From positions 90,001 to 122,000 of the forward strand of contig CP064993.1 in NCBI GenBank assembly GCA_016699955.1: a stretch of DNA of 32,000 nt. The letters are read 5' to 3'. The position numbers were made by a program, and so were the translations under genes. Positions within the stretch are counted from its first letter, which is position 1. Each line of letters begins with the position of its first letter. The DNA is from Candidatus Saccharimonadota bacterium (GTDB lineage: Bacteria > Patescibacteriota > Saccharimonadia > Saccharimonadales > UBA4665). Positions 8,915 through 16,790 of this stretch are shown here, piece by piece. The notes beneath the pieces are model-generated. The model saw only the letters and a program-made list of their open reading frames with translations, was not told the origin of the DNA and made no database searches.

Positions 8915-9304
8915 TTATAATAGTAAAATACATATTTTTCGCTTTTTTTGCAAGTTCAACTTTCTATACTGCCGTTACGCTTCGTTGCATCGCTGTACAA
9001 AAAAGCATTGTCGTAAAATAACAGCTCAGTTTTTGTTTTGTCAATTATGTGTTTTCGTGATAAAATTAGCGCGGCTTCAGCGTTAAATTAAGCCAGTCAA
9101 AAAAAAGGTTTCAGCCCTAACAATAATTGCTGAATATCAGGTTATTTTAACAGTTTTACCCCACCATATGAGTTAATGGTAACCTCGGCTCGACATAAGT
9201 ACCACCACTGATCCTTAGGCTGCCACCATGATGAGCGAAATCAACCAAACTAGATTATGATGGCCAGTAAAACAAGAGAATGAGACTAACAAGGATGACT
9301 AGCC
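8915..9304. promoter_or_regulatory. 390-bp AT-rich divergent intergenic region (promoters for the serine hydrolase and the amidase presumed)
   Basis: There is no credible ORF. The flanking genes diverge. It contains one copy of the dispersed 19-mer (9180-9198) and the CCTTAGG/CTGCCACC/ATGATG blocks (9213-9233). No promoter boxes were assigned with confidence. Confidence 0.35.
9180..9198 (+). repeat. Dispersed 19-mer, copy 1 (TAACCTCGGCTCGACATAA)
   Basis: It matches 16620-16638 at 16 of 19 positions. It is similar to the reverse complement of 16772-16790. Confidence 0.6.
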
Positions 9305-10237
9305 ATGAGTTTTGAACATTCACGTACAGTGACAGTTGCATTATCTGCAGCACTCTTTATTAGCAGTTGCTCATGGAACAATGTTGACAGTTATCAGCAG
9401 CCGAACCCTGGCGGTGGCGTATCTGCTGGGCAAAAGCCTTCTCCGCAACAGTATCGAGCCGATAGTGGACGCCCCTGGATACTCCTCGACCCAGGGCATA
9501 GCGGAAATTACCGGCAGAAAGATGAACTTACCGGCCTCCCCAGTCCGACCCCTCCCAAAATAGATGCAATTACCGGCCTACCAGATATTCAGTACCGTCC
9601 GGACACACCCGAAATAGATGATGTATTTGACGTAGCCACGCTCTTACGCAGTATGCTCGAAGCAAATGGCTATAAAGTTTGTATGACCAAAAAAACTGCG
9701 AATGATTATGTTTCACACCGTGAACGTGCAAACCTTGCTAACGGTACCGACCCCAAACAAGAGTGCGGATCAAACGGCGCCGCTCTCGCAGTCAGTATCC
9801 ATACTGACCCAACGGCCCCAAAAAGCCGCGCTACGATGTCGCCTCAGTTTGTGGGTGGCTCCCGCGGAGGTGTTGACGGTTACCTATGCAAGAATAAAAA
9901 TCAGTGCAGTGCAACATACCCACGAGTAACTTTTGAAGATGCAACGCTTGCAATGCAGAGTCTGACTGCCACGCAAATCATTGCCGAGGAACGGACAAAA
10001 GCTGAAGGCCGTCTAGTCGTAGTCGAGAATCTTAATTTTAATGGCCGCTTACCTTTGCCACCAGGAAATCTCTCTCTCGTACAACTCTACAGCAACAAGC
10101 CATGGACTTACGCCGAGTATGGCGCAAATGTCAACGGCAGTACGCGCGTGCCTCTGACAGCCACAGAGAAACAAAATTACGCAGCCGGCCTCGCAAACGG
10201 TATATTTCGCACTGTGCGTATCTCGGCTGGTCATTAG
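9305..10237 (+). CDS. N-acetylmuramoyl-L-alanine amidase (Amidase_3 family) lipoprotein
   Basis: ORF 9305..10237(+), 310 aa. It has a lipobox-like signal (ALSAALFISSC). The Amidase_3 Zn-ligand context is present: ILLDPGHSGN and AALAVSIHTD. So is the intervening pattern (DVATLLRSMLEANGYKVCMTKKT...SHRERANLAN). AAGGA lies 11 nt upstream of the ATG. Confidence 0.7.
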   Translation: MSFEHSRTVTVALSAALFISSCSWNNVDSYQQPNPGGGVSAGQKPSPQQYRADSGRPWILLDPGHSGNYRQKDELTGLPSPTPPKIDAITGLPDIQYRPDTPEIDDVFDVATLLRSMLEANGYKVCMTKKTANDYVSHRERANLANGTDPKQECGSNGAALAVSIHTDPTAPKSRATMSPQFVGGSRGGVDGYLCKNKNQCSATYPRVTFEDATLAMQSLTATQIIAEERTKAEGRLVVVENLNFNGRLPLPPGNLSLVQLYSNKPWTYAEYGANVNGSTRVPLTATEKQNYAAGLANGIFRTVRISAGH

Positions 10238-10373
10238 GACACGCCTACCCCACCAGTCAGCCTGCTTGTCGCCAGAGCCGTGATACACTGCTGGCTTGTT
10301 TACTCGATTTACGCAGTAAACACCCGCTACAAAGGTATACCGGGCATTTCCTGCGTTTATCTACGCGTACTTT

Positions 10374-11804
10374 TTAGTTTTGGTCTTCGTCTTCAACAAG
10401 CTCAGCATCAACAGTACCGCCTGTGTCTACAAGATGACCAACCCCGAGCTTAGGTGGCTCGTCATTTTGAATTTCACAGCTTGCAGCGGCCACCAACATA
10501 CCCAACGCTTGCGGATTGGAAAGAAAATTTACTGCCTTATGTAAACCTTCGTTTGCGTACACGGGTACGTAAGGATTCCCTGGAACTCGCACTTCACCGT
10601 CTGGCCCTGCACCTACACCATCAAATCCGCTGTGTGCAGTAATGAGCCTCGTTAAAATCCTGGGATTATGGAGTGTAACAACTTCTTTAACTTCCCACCA
10701 ACCCTTATGCCAATCAACCGGAGACCCAGTTTGTCCGTCGACTGTTACCGCCTGACTGCCAGCAGCTTGGTTTAGACCCGGGACGACAACAACTTCATAG
10801 CTAAGTTTCGGATCTTCACTGTCTTGAATACAAAGGTGCAATTCGACAGGAACCTCCGCTATCGTACCGTCTGCCCTTTGAATTTGTCCCACTTTCGCGA
10901 TGCGCGAATTCAACAGACCAGTGTTAGTTGCCTCTAATTCAAATACATCCACGAGTTTAGCGGCATCGACGTACATACTGCCGTTCGCAGACCAGAAATG
11001 CACTTTTAACCCTTCCTGGCCAGTAGCAATTACGTAGTTGCGGCTAACGCTTGTCATTGCACGCTGTGCGGCGTCCAGAAGAGGTGTATCACCAAAGACA
11101 CGCTCTCTGGCCGCTGCTATTGACTTCACCTTCATTTTTTCTAGTGCATTATTACTTTGAGCGGCCTCGTGATTTGGACGCAAGCCACTTCTTTTGCCCC
11201 AATATCTTGGAGGTTCTACGGTGTCGCCAGAAAGCCCATCAAATGCTGATGTAGCGCTTAAGCCAACCTCCTGCCATATAACACTGGCGACAGGTCCCTG
11301 CGCAATGCTTGGCGACAACCACTCCTGTTGCGCTGATCTGATTGCTTCGATTCCCGCTTGACGACGGACATCACCGAGAAGTAATGGAGTAACTTCTGTT
11401 ACACCTAGTTCTGCGAGCAAAGCTGCCTCACGTTCTTGGAAAAGACTTGGCCTGACCGGCTTACCACTACCGCCATCATTGGAGATTCTGGCCAGTGCAG
11501 TACCGGGAGTGGCAGAGCCTGACTGAAATCCTGCTCTTAAATTAGCCATTGTACCGAGCTTTTCACCAATCCGGTACAGTAAAGGTGGTTCGGTAACTCT
11601 GCCAGTTAAACTAACCTCAGTGCTTGTTGGGGGTTTGCCGGTAGCGGCAGGGTCTTGAGCGGCACCTCCATCAGAAAGGGAGGTCGGCGGCGCTACCGGC
11701 CTTTGAGGCATAGGAATTCCGACGCTTGTAAGGCCAGTACCTGGCGGAGCAACTTCTGGAATACCCCCAGCCGGTGGACGTCCGCCCCAACTAAAATCTC
11801 TCAT
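10374..11804 (-). CDS. Hypothetical protein (476 aa), proline-rich N-terminus, acidic C-terminal tail, no signal peptide or TM
   Basis: ORF 10374..11804(-). It has protein-like composition and no competing ORF of similar length. The N-terminal ~70 aa are P/G/T-rich. The C-terminus is ...DAELVEDEDQN. I recognise no catalytic or binding motif. Confidence 0.7.
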   Translation of the reverse strand: MRDFSWGGRPPAGGIPEVAPPGTGLTSVGIPMPQRPVAPPTSLSDGGAAQDPAATGKPPTSTEVSLTGRVTEPPLLYRIGEKLGTMANLRAGFQSGSATPGTALARISNDGGSGKPVRPSLFQEREAALLAELGVTEVTPLLLGDVRRQAGIEAIRSAQQEWLSPSIAQGPVASVIWQEVGLSATSAFDGLSGDTVEPPRYWGKRSGLRPNHEAAQSNNALEKMKVKSIAAARERVFGDTPLLDAAQRAMTSVSRNYVIATGQEGLKVHFWSANGSMYVDAAKLVDVFELEATNTGLLNSRIAKVGQIQRADGTIAEVPVELHLCIQDSEDPKLSYEVVVVPGLNQAAGSQAVTVDGQTGSPVDWHKGWWEVKEVVTLHNPRILTRLITAHSGFDGVGAGPDGEVRVPGNPYVPVYANEGLHKAVNFLSNPQALGMLVAAASCEIQNDEPPKLGVGHLVDTGGTVDAELVEDEDQN

Positions 11805-12014
11805 AGTGTCTGTAACCCCCTGCCCAATTAGTAAATGAATGAAGGTAGCTAATCATATGCTAGTGTTTGTGTCAAATAGATTTTTTTGTGCACTGGTTCG
11901 GATTGAAACTAGCAAAATGGCAAAAAATGGTTTCAAATCACTTACATTTTACAGCATATAGTCAACTTACGCGAACTGCCTGTCAACGCCTTGTCATATG
12001 GAATAACCTTCTTT

Positions 12015-12028
12015 CCACTGCCGGTTAG
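12015..12028 (+). repeat. Direct repeat copy 1: CCACTGCCGGT-TAG
   Basis: The exact 11-mer CCACTGCCGGT at 12015-12025 recurs at 12136-12146. Confidence 0.6.
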
Positions 12029-12135
12029 AAAATGATTTTTAAAAATACACTTGCATTTCATAAAAAAAAGTAGGAAACTAATTTTCATAGCCTGCGCGGT
12101 TGGGCGGCGTACTCTTTTTTTTCTAAGAGAGACAA

Positions 12136-12148
12136 CCACTGCCGGTAG
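12136..12148 (+). repeat. Direct repeat copy 2: CCACTGCCGGTAG
   Basis: The exact 11-mer is shared with 12015-12025. This copy lies ~110 nt upstream of the 12259 start. Confidence 0.6.
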
Positions 12149-12258
12149 CTATCATGTACCCGTGCTGGCTTGCTGCAGCACTGTTAGTGAGTACTTGCGC
12201 CGGTGTTTAGGCAAGTCACTAGAAAGTCGTTAGACGGTTTGCAGACAATTAATTAACA

Positions 12259-14325
12259 ATGGTTTTTAAAAAGGGTATACACAATATGGGTATAGGTCGA
12301 AAGAAAGAAACGCCTCCATCTCCGTTAGGAGCAGAGTCACTAATGACTCAGGCAGATTTTGGCGATGTTTTAAACCAGCCCATGCCAATTAGCACACTTG
12401 TAGATACGTATGGATACCCGGGCGGAAGCGTACTAGGCTATGTGCCCGCAAGCCCACATAAGGAAGTAGCTCATTTTTTGCCCGATAGCTCGTTGGCACT
12501 TGTGCTAAAATCTCCCAATAAATTGTTGGAAAACGCTGTCAGCGGTCGTATTGCAGATATACTCCTACCTTCCCCAGGTTCGAACCCAAGCTCTCCGCTT
12601 CGCAGACGAACCGAAATACTTGTCAGCAGTCAATGGGGTCCGGGGAGGCTATATTCCGCTGCACAAGAGCTCATCAATCAGGACCGTCAAACACGAAATC
12701 CTTATAAGGATTTTACGGGAGCATATGCAGTGTTTATGGAAACGGATCCAGCCATAAAACCACACCCCTTGGCAGACGGCGAGCTTTACCATGACAAAGG
12801 TGATCTGCAGCTTGTCGGCACAATGACTACTGGTGATGCGTTCCCTTCTGACACATTTTTTGACACGAGAGCTATCTTTTCAGGAAATGAGTCGGGTTGG
12901 CCGGAATATGGTTTTGTAAACCAAGTACTCGAAAACTCGCAGGAGGCAAGAGATTATACTGATAGGTTCGGAGGAGAGCGCCAATTTAGGACTCTCGTTG
13001 ACGGTTTAATCACATTTGGTGGCAATTTGTATGCACAACTAGGGGCTATTGCAGAAAAAAATGCAAAAAATAACAAGAAACGCGATGTCGACCTAGACGA
13101 TTTAATGAAAACCGCGCTAAAGGGGACACCCAGAGGAACGGAGGAACTGCTCAAGGAATTTCTGGCAAACAACGGTAACAATCCGTTCATGCTCCGCGTC
13201 CTCAGCCGAGCTTGGCAGGCGAAAACAGATGCTGAAAATGATTATGATGAAATCCCATTTGGGTTCTTCGGTGGTGCAAAGAAATTGCATTATCAAGCAG
13301 CCGTCGAACAGCGGATAAATGGTATTCGAGCTGAGGTTGTCGAGGCTTTACTGCATGGAAGCTGGGTAAACAAGCTGGGGAAAGTTGTTTTAGCCACAAG
13401 AGCATTGCCCCCTCCAACTCGGCTAAGAGTTGAACTATACGACCATTTTGATGTTTCATTTGCCCAGTTACTTCGCCAGATAAATGTGGGTCAATTTGCC
13501 GCAAGCGCACAATTAGCGGCGAGTAATATGAATGCGCCCAACATATCTGACAGCGGCATTTTGGTAGTCCGGTCATTAGATAGCGCTTACCCTATTTTCA
13601 GCTATGGCTCTCCAACAAATGATGAACAATTTCAAGAAATAAGCAGCTTTCAATACGACGGCAAGGGCGGCATGATTGTGGACAATCCCAATGGTAGTTA
13701 TCCAAGAGAACTGTCCCGTTCAATATTTGACAGAACGACTGGGCACGTTGCAATGCAGGGTATTGTGTCGGTGTCTGACAGCGCGCTTAGACTTCGTAAT
13801 GCATTACTTTACCCGCGCAGAAAAGTCGTGATCGATCTTATGGAGGCTCCTGCCAAAATATTGGAGGCACTAATGGACGCCGGGCACCTCGGGGAAGGCG
13901 CGCGCAAAATTCCTGAAAAAGATACACTATTCCTTAGCGAGATCCTTAGTCGAAAACGTGAAACCGACATCATCGTGGCGTCAATGCTAGGATCCTCGGC
14001 TGTAGTGCATGCGGTCATTAGAGAAGGTGGCGGAATGCAATGGGTTAGCGTTCCCCAAACATCGACTGGTGCGCCAGGAATAATTACAGACACTACTAAA
14101 GTTGCTCGGCTCAGAGGAGAACAAGCAGGTAGACCCGGTCAATCCGGCGACTATGTCATGCAGAGTACTCGGCGTCGGGGGTGGGGAGAAAGGGGCGGCA
14201 CGCACATCGCAGGAGTTGCGTTGAAAGACGGCGTGCCTTTACTGTCAAATAGTATTTATCCAGATGTTAGTACTTGGGTCATGCCTCATTCAAGTTTACT
14301 ATTTGATGGTAGGAGGAAAAGATAA
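12259..14325 (+). CDS. Hypothetical protein (688 aa), soluble, no recognisable domain
   Basis: ORF 12259..14325(+). It is a long uninterrupted frame with ordinary globular composition and no TM or signal. The start is uncertain: ATG 12259 has no SD, while ATG 12344 has AGGAG 11 nt upstream. Its stop overlaps the next gene's start (TAATG at 14323-14327). Confidence 0.7.
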   Translation: MVFKKGIHNMGIGRKKETPPSPLGAESLMTQADFGDVLNQPMPISTLVDTYGYPGGSVLGYVPASPHKEVAHFLPDSSLALVLKSPNKLLENAVSGRIADILLPSPGSNPSSPLRRRTEILVSSQWGPGRLYSAAQELINQDRQTRNPYKDFTGAYAVFMETDPAIKPHPLADGELYHDKGDLQLVGTMTTGDAFPSDTFFDTRAIFSGNESGWPEYGFVNQVLENSQEARDYTDRFGGERQFRTLVDGLITFGGNLYAQLGAIAEKNAKNNKKRDVDLDDLMKTALKGTPRGTEELLKEFLANNGNNPFMLRVLSRAWQAKTDAENDYDEIPFGFFGGAKKLHYQAAVEQRINGIRAEVVEALLHGSWVNKLGKVVLATRALPPPTRLRVELYDHFDVSFAQLLRQINVGQFAASAQLAASNMNAPNISDSGILVVRSLDSAYPIFSYGSPTNDEQFQEISSFQYDGKGGMIVDNPNGSYPRELSRSIFDRTTGHVAMQGIVSVSDSALRLRNALLYPRRKVVIDLMEAPAKILEALMDAGHLGEGARKIPEKDTLFLSEILSRKRETDIIVASMLGSSAVVHAVIREGGGMQWVSVPQTSTGAPGIITDTTKVARLRGEQAGRPGQSGDYVMQSTRRRGWGERGGTHIAGVALKDGVPLLSNSIYPDVSTWVMPHSSLLFDGRRKR

Positions 14326-15479
14326 TGTCGGAATTTGGTGGCATAGCCGTACCAATAGGCGAAGACACTAAACGACCACTGCCGAACGTGAGTAGTGGCT
14401 TAGACGAACCGGAACATCAGCCAGCGACACCCTTAGAAGCACGGACAATTATAATGCCGGTGGGTAGCGATACAGAGGGGCAAGTACTAGCAGTACAAAT
14501 CACATCACTTGGTGTAGATAGCTCAGTTGTCATTGAGAATATAAATGAGCTTCCACCTTACTTTACCCTAGGATCTCGTGGTGAAGTCTCTGACGATGGA
14601 AGTAAACTCGGTGTTGGGCCTGTATTTAACCACCCAGCTCGCTTACCAGACACCATTCCCCAAGCAACAGATCCAGAGACATTAGTTGGATTGTTGCAAA
14701 GAGGTACATTATTACCAGCCGATTTGGGTAAACTAACACCGGTTGAGGGTGTTTCTGCAGCAGACCTGCTGAAAGGCTTGACACAAGCAGAGCGGGAAGC
14801 CAATAACAACGGGCAACCACCCCTCAAAGTTGCTGACTTACTTGAATCGGTTAGCGGGGCAGTATTTTTCTCGACAGATGCTCCTGGTCATGGTCGTGGT
14901 AATACACTACTCGGCGGGGCTCGACCAGGTGGCACCATTGTCGCTCTCAGCCTCACTCCGGAAGGCGCAGTGCAAGTTGAAAAAATACATCCCCTGGATG
15001 ACGGAGGTACCATTCGATATATTGGATCTGTCGCTATTCAAAAAAAAACCGATCAAGCTGGAGAGGGTACGACAGTCATTATATCAGGCCCTGGTGTCAT
15101 ATTAGATAAACGGTTTCCTGAGGGAGTGCATCATTTAGACGTTCATACCGGTTTACCTCCGGGTATTACCAACTTAACGCCTAAGACTCAGCTGCCGCCC
15201 GTAACACTGGATCTCGACACAGTCAACAAAGGCCGGAGAGCGCTCGGCTTACCCCTAGTAGCTACACCTAAAGTTAACCTGGCCTCTCTGACAAGTTTAC
15301 CCCCGCAACCACAAAACGGACATGCTCAAAACAATGGTTCTATTGGTAACCCACCATTATCTGGAGGAGAGGGTACTGAGTCTGGATCTGCTGACAAAGT
15401 TACACAAGCGGGTAGCGCAGAAGAAGTGCCGCTATTTGATGCTCCAGAAAGAAGACCGTTGTGGCCAACTCGGAGGTAA
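14325..15479 (+). CDS. Hypothetical protein (384 aa), P/G/T-rich termini, no recognisable domain
   Basis: ORF 14325..15479(+). A strong SD (AGGAGG, 14311-14316) lies 8 nt before the ATG, which overlaps the upstream stop. This suggests translational coupling. There is no TM or signal. Confidence 0.75.
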   Translation: MSEFGGIAVPIGEDTKRPLPNVSSGLDEPEHQPATPLEARTIIMPVGSDTEGQVLAVQITSLGVDSSVVIENINELPPYFTLGSRGEVSDDGSKLGVGPVFNHPARLPDTIPQATDPETLVGLLQRGTLLPADLGKLTPVEGVSAADLLKGLTQAEREANNNGQPPLKVADLLESVSGAVFFSTDAPGHGRGNTLLGGARPGGTIVALSLTPEGAVQVEKIHPLDDGGTIRYIGSVAIQKKTDQAGEGTTVIISGPGVILDKRFPEGVHHLDVHTGLPPGITNLTPKTQLPPVTLDLDTVNKGRRALGLPLVATPKVNLASLTSLPPQPQNGHAQNNGSIGNPPLSGGEGTESGSADKVTQAGSAEEVPLFDAPERRPLWPTRR

Positions 15480-15543
15480 CTAACGATATGACGTCTTAAA
15501 GCAAGTAAACCGTAATGAATAAGCAATTACAAAGGGAGCAGCT

Positions 15544-16383
15544 ATGCGAGGAAGTAAAAGAATAACATCATACGCAGGGGAAGGAGTTGAAGTGCCCGGG
15601 TTTAGGGACCCGAAGACAACAGGCGATAGTACTACGCACTTTACTGATGGCGGGAAGCTGGGCATTGAGACCCGATGTACTCCTGAGGCTTTCCGCAAAG
15701 CGTACCCTATACCAACCGTTCTTGGCTTTATGCTCAGAAAAGTGCACTGGGTTCCGCGTGCCATAATTAGCCCGGAGCATTTACATGTTGACGATGAATA
15801 TAACGCTAAGCTCAAGAGTGTTGCTGTTGATCGTGCGCATAAACGAGGTAAGCTGGGAAACGTACTAGATCCTTTTAGCCATGGTAAGGTTGTACGGAAA
15901 GAGTCACACGGCCTTGAATACCAGCGCCTTAGGGCAGCCCGTATTGGGCTGGTTGGCCTAGCAGCCACAGCGTTGTTGACCGTCGCGACTGATAACGTAC
16001 CCTTTATAGAAAGGCAGAGTGGCTCCATCGAAGCCATCGATACCTCTCCAAGGGCTGGCAGCTCAATCTTAGACGGTGGAGTAATCGCTGGAACGGGACA
16101 GGAAAAGGCTAATGCAAAAATCTCCTTTTTAGGCGGAGCAATTGTCTGCAATAGTCTGATCCCTTTCAAGCTGTCGCCGGATAATGTCGCAGCCCCAGCC
16201 AACCTGATTGCTGCAATGTCGATCGTAAGTGGCGAAGCCTTTACATCCTTACCGGCTGCTGATCAGACTAGACTTCTGAGCGAGGCAATCGCCAATAAAG
16301 AAGTCAACCCAACCCAAGCAAAACCACCGACCGCAACGAGCCCGTTTTATAGCCCAAGCACCTGCACGGGCAAAGGTCTTTAG
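15544..16383 (+). CDS. Hypothetical protein (279 aa) with one central TM helix
   Basis: ORF 15544..16383(+). GGGAG lies 5 nt upstream of the ATG. The gene is co-directional with the two preceding genes. The TM segment is IGLVGLAATALLTVAT. I prefer it over the antisense ORF 15480..16202(-), whose product is S/C/P/L-rich and has no SD. Confidence 0.6.
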   Translation: MRGSKRITSYAGEGVEVPGFRDPKTTGDSTTHFTDGGKLGIETRCTPEAFRKAYPIPTVLGFMLRKVHWVPRAIISPEHLHVDDEYNAKLKSVAVDRAHKRGKLGNVLDPFSHGKVVRKESHGLEYQRLRAARIGLVGLAATALLTVATDNVPFIERQSGSIEAIDTSPRAGSSILDGGVIAGTGQEKANAKISFLGGAIVCNSLIPFKLSPDNVAAPANLIAAMSIVSGEAFTSLPAADQTRLLSEAIANKEVNPTQAKPPTATSPFYSPSTCTGKGL

Positions 16384-16514
16384 CAAAAACTACACGGCGG
16401 AGCCACACACGCAGGAACACCCAGCCATCATGCTAAGGTGGGCAGTATTTGAGTCGAGTACATAACCCGAACTCGGCCCCTACGCCGAGTTCTAAAGGCA
16501 GGCTCGTCCCCCAA

Positions 16515-16545
16515 AAAAACAACTGAAATAAATCCAGTTGTTTTT
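16515..16545. terminator. Possible bidirectional intrinsic terminator hairpin
   Basis: AAAAACAACTG-aaataaatc-CAGTTGTTTTT forms an 11-bp perfect stem. On the minus strand the stem is followed by TTTTTTT, and on the plus strand the 3' arm ends in TTTTT. It lies 130 nt past the stop of 15544..16383. Confidence 0.4.
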
Positions 16546-16619
16546 AGCTCCCCAACCCTGCACGCATTTAGCACTTTAAAGATCCTGTGCATTTTCCGAA
16601 GCACTGAAGGAACCGTACT

Positions 16620-16638
16620 TAACCTGAGTTCGACATAA
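16620..16638 (+). repeat. Dispersed 19-mer, copy 2 (TAACCTGAGTTCGACATAA)
   Basis: It matches copy 1 at 16/19 positions. It matches the reverse complement of 16772-16790 at 17/19. The flank ACCGTA also recurs, giving a ~30-bp imperfect inverted repeat (16609-16638 vs 16772-16800). Confidence 0.6.
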
Positions 16639-16771
16639 CAGTCGACCTCAGTAGGGTCGGGCTCGCCCGCCCCACTCTTTGTTCGGAATAAATCCGAACA
16701 AAGAGCTGCCCACCCCTAAAGGCGCTGCTGACGCAGCGCTTCTTGCGACGAGCGAGAGGATGCACAGGTTT

Positions 16772-16790
16772 TTATGTCGAACTGGGGTTA
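16772..16790 (-). repeat. Dispersed 19-mer, copy 3 (reverse complement reads TAACCCCAGTTCGACATAA)
   Basis: This is the inverted partner of 16620-16638. The two copies bracket 133 bp. Confidence 0.6.

Larger units (their letters stand above)
11805..12258. promoter_or_regulatory. 454-bp AT-rich divergent control region between two orphan genes
   Basis: This is the second-longest non-coding stretch in the window after the 497-bp gap at 16384-16880. It has A/T runs and an exact 11-mer direct repeat 121 bp apart. The only ORFs are short and low-complexity (11942..12139, 12051..12233). Confidence 0.4.

Noticed and set aside
9100-9304. c-di-AMP (ydaO-type) riboswitch upstream of the amidase gene
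   Set aside because: The context is tempting, because such riboswitches often precede wall hydrolases, and TAACCTCG resembles part of the conserved ...CUAACCUCGUAAG... segment. However, I could not find the other conserved blocks (GGGGA.CCA, CGCUUAAUC, the pseudo-two-fold symmetry).
12577-12587. tRNA T-loop-like GGTTCGAACCC
   Set aside because: It lies inside the 688-aa CDS, where it encodes ...PGSNPS.... The flanking bases cannot form a T-stem or an acceptor stem, so this is a coincidence. A similar GGTTCGGATTG at ~11895 also lacks a complementary stem.
15480-16202. Minus-strand ORF of 240 aa overlapping 15544..16383
   Set aside because: It has no SD, its composition is S/C/P/L/A-rich, and it runs opposite to the surrounding operon. 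The plus-strand frame has GGGAG 5 nt upstream of its ATG and a plausible TM helix. Only one of the two can reasonably be real.
16437-16714. tmRNA (ssrA) hypothesis for the structured region
   Set aside because: The 5' GGTGGGCAG-TATTTGAGTCGAG loosely resembles the tmRNA start GGGGCUG-AUUCUGGAUUCGAC, and its complement CTGCCCACC lies right after a hairpin. Four things argue against tmRNA. The third acceptor pair would be U-A rather than the universal G-U. The adjacent hairpin is a 12-bp stem, not a 5-bp T-arm with a GTTCRANYC loop. There is no ACCA or discriminator context. I found no tag ORF ending in ...AA-stop. An Infernal run is still needed to be sure.
16660-16720. G-quadruplex on the minus strand (GGGG-T-GGG ... 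GGGG-C-GGG flanking the 16675-16705 hairpin)
   Set aside because: Four G-tracts exist, but two of them are separated by a 31-nt hairpin. The equivalent site in module 1 has only three tracts. This is too speculative to report as a finding.
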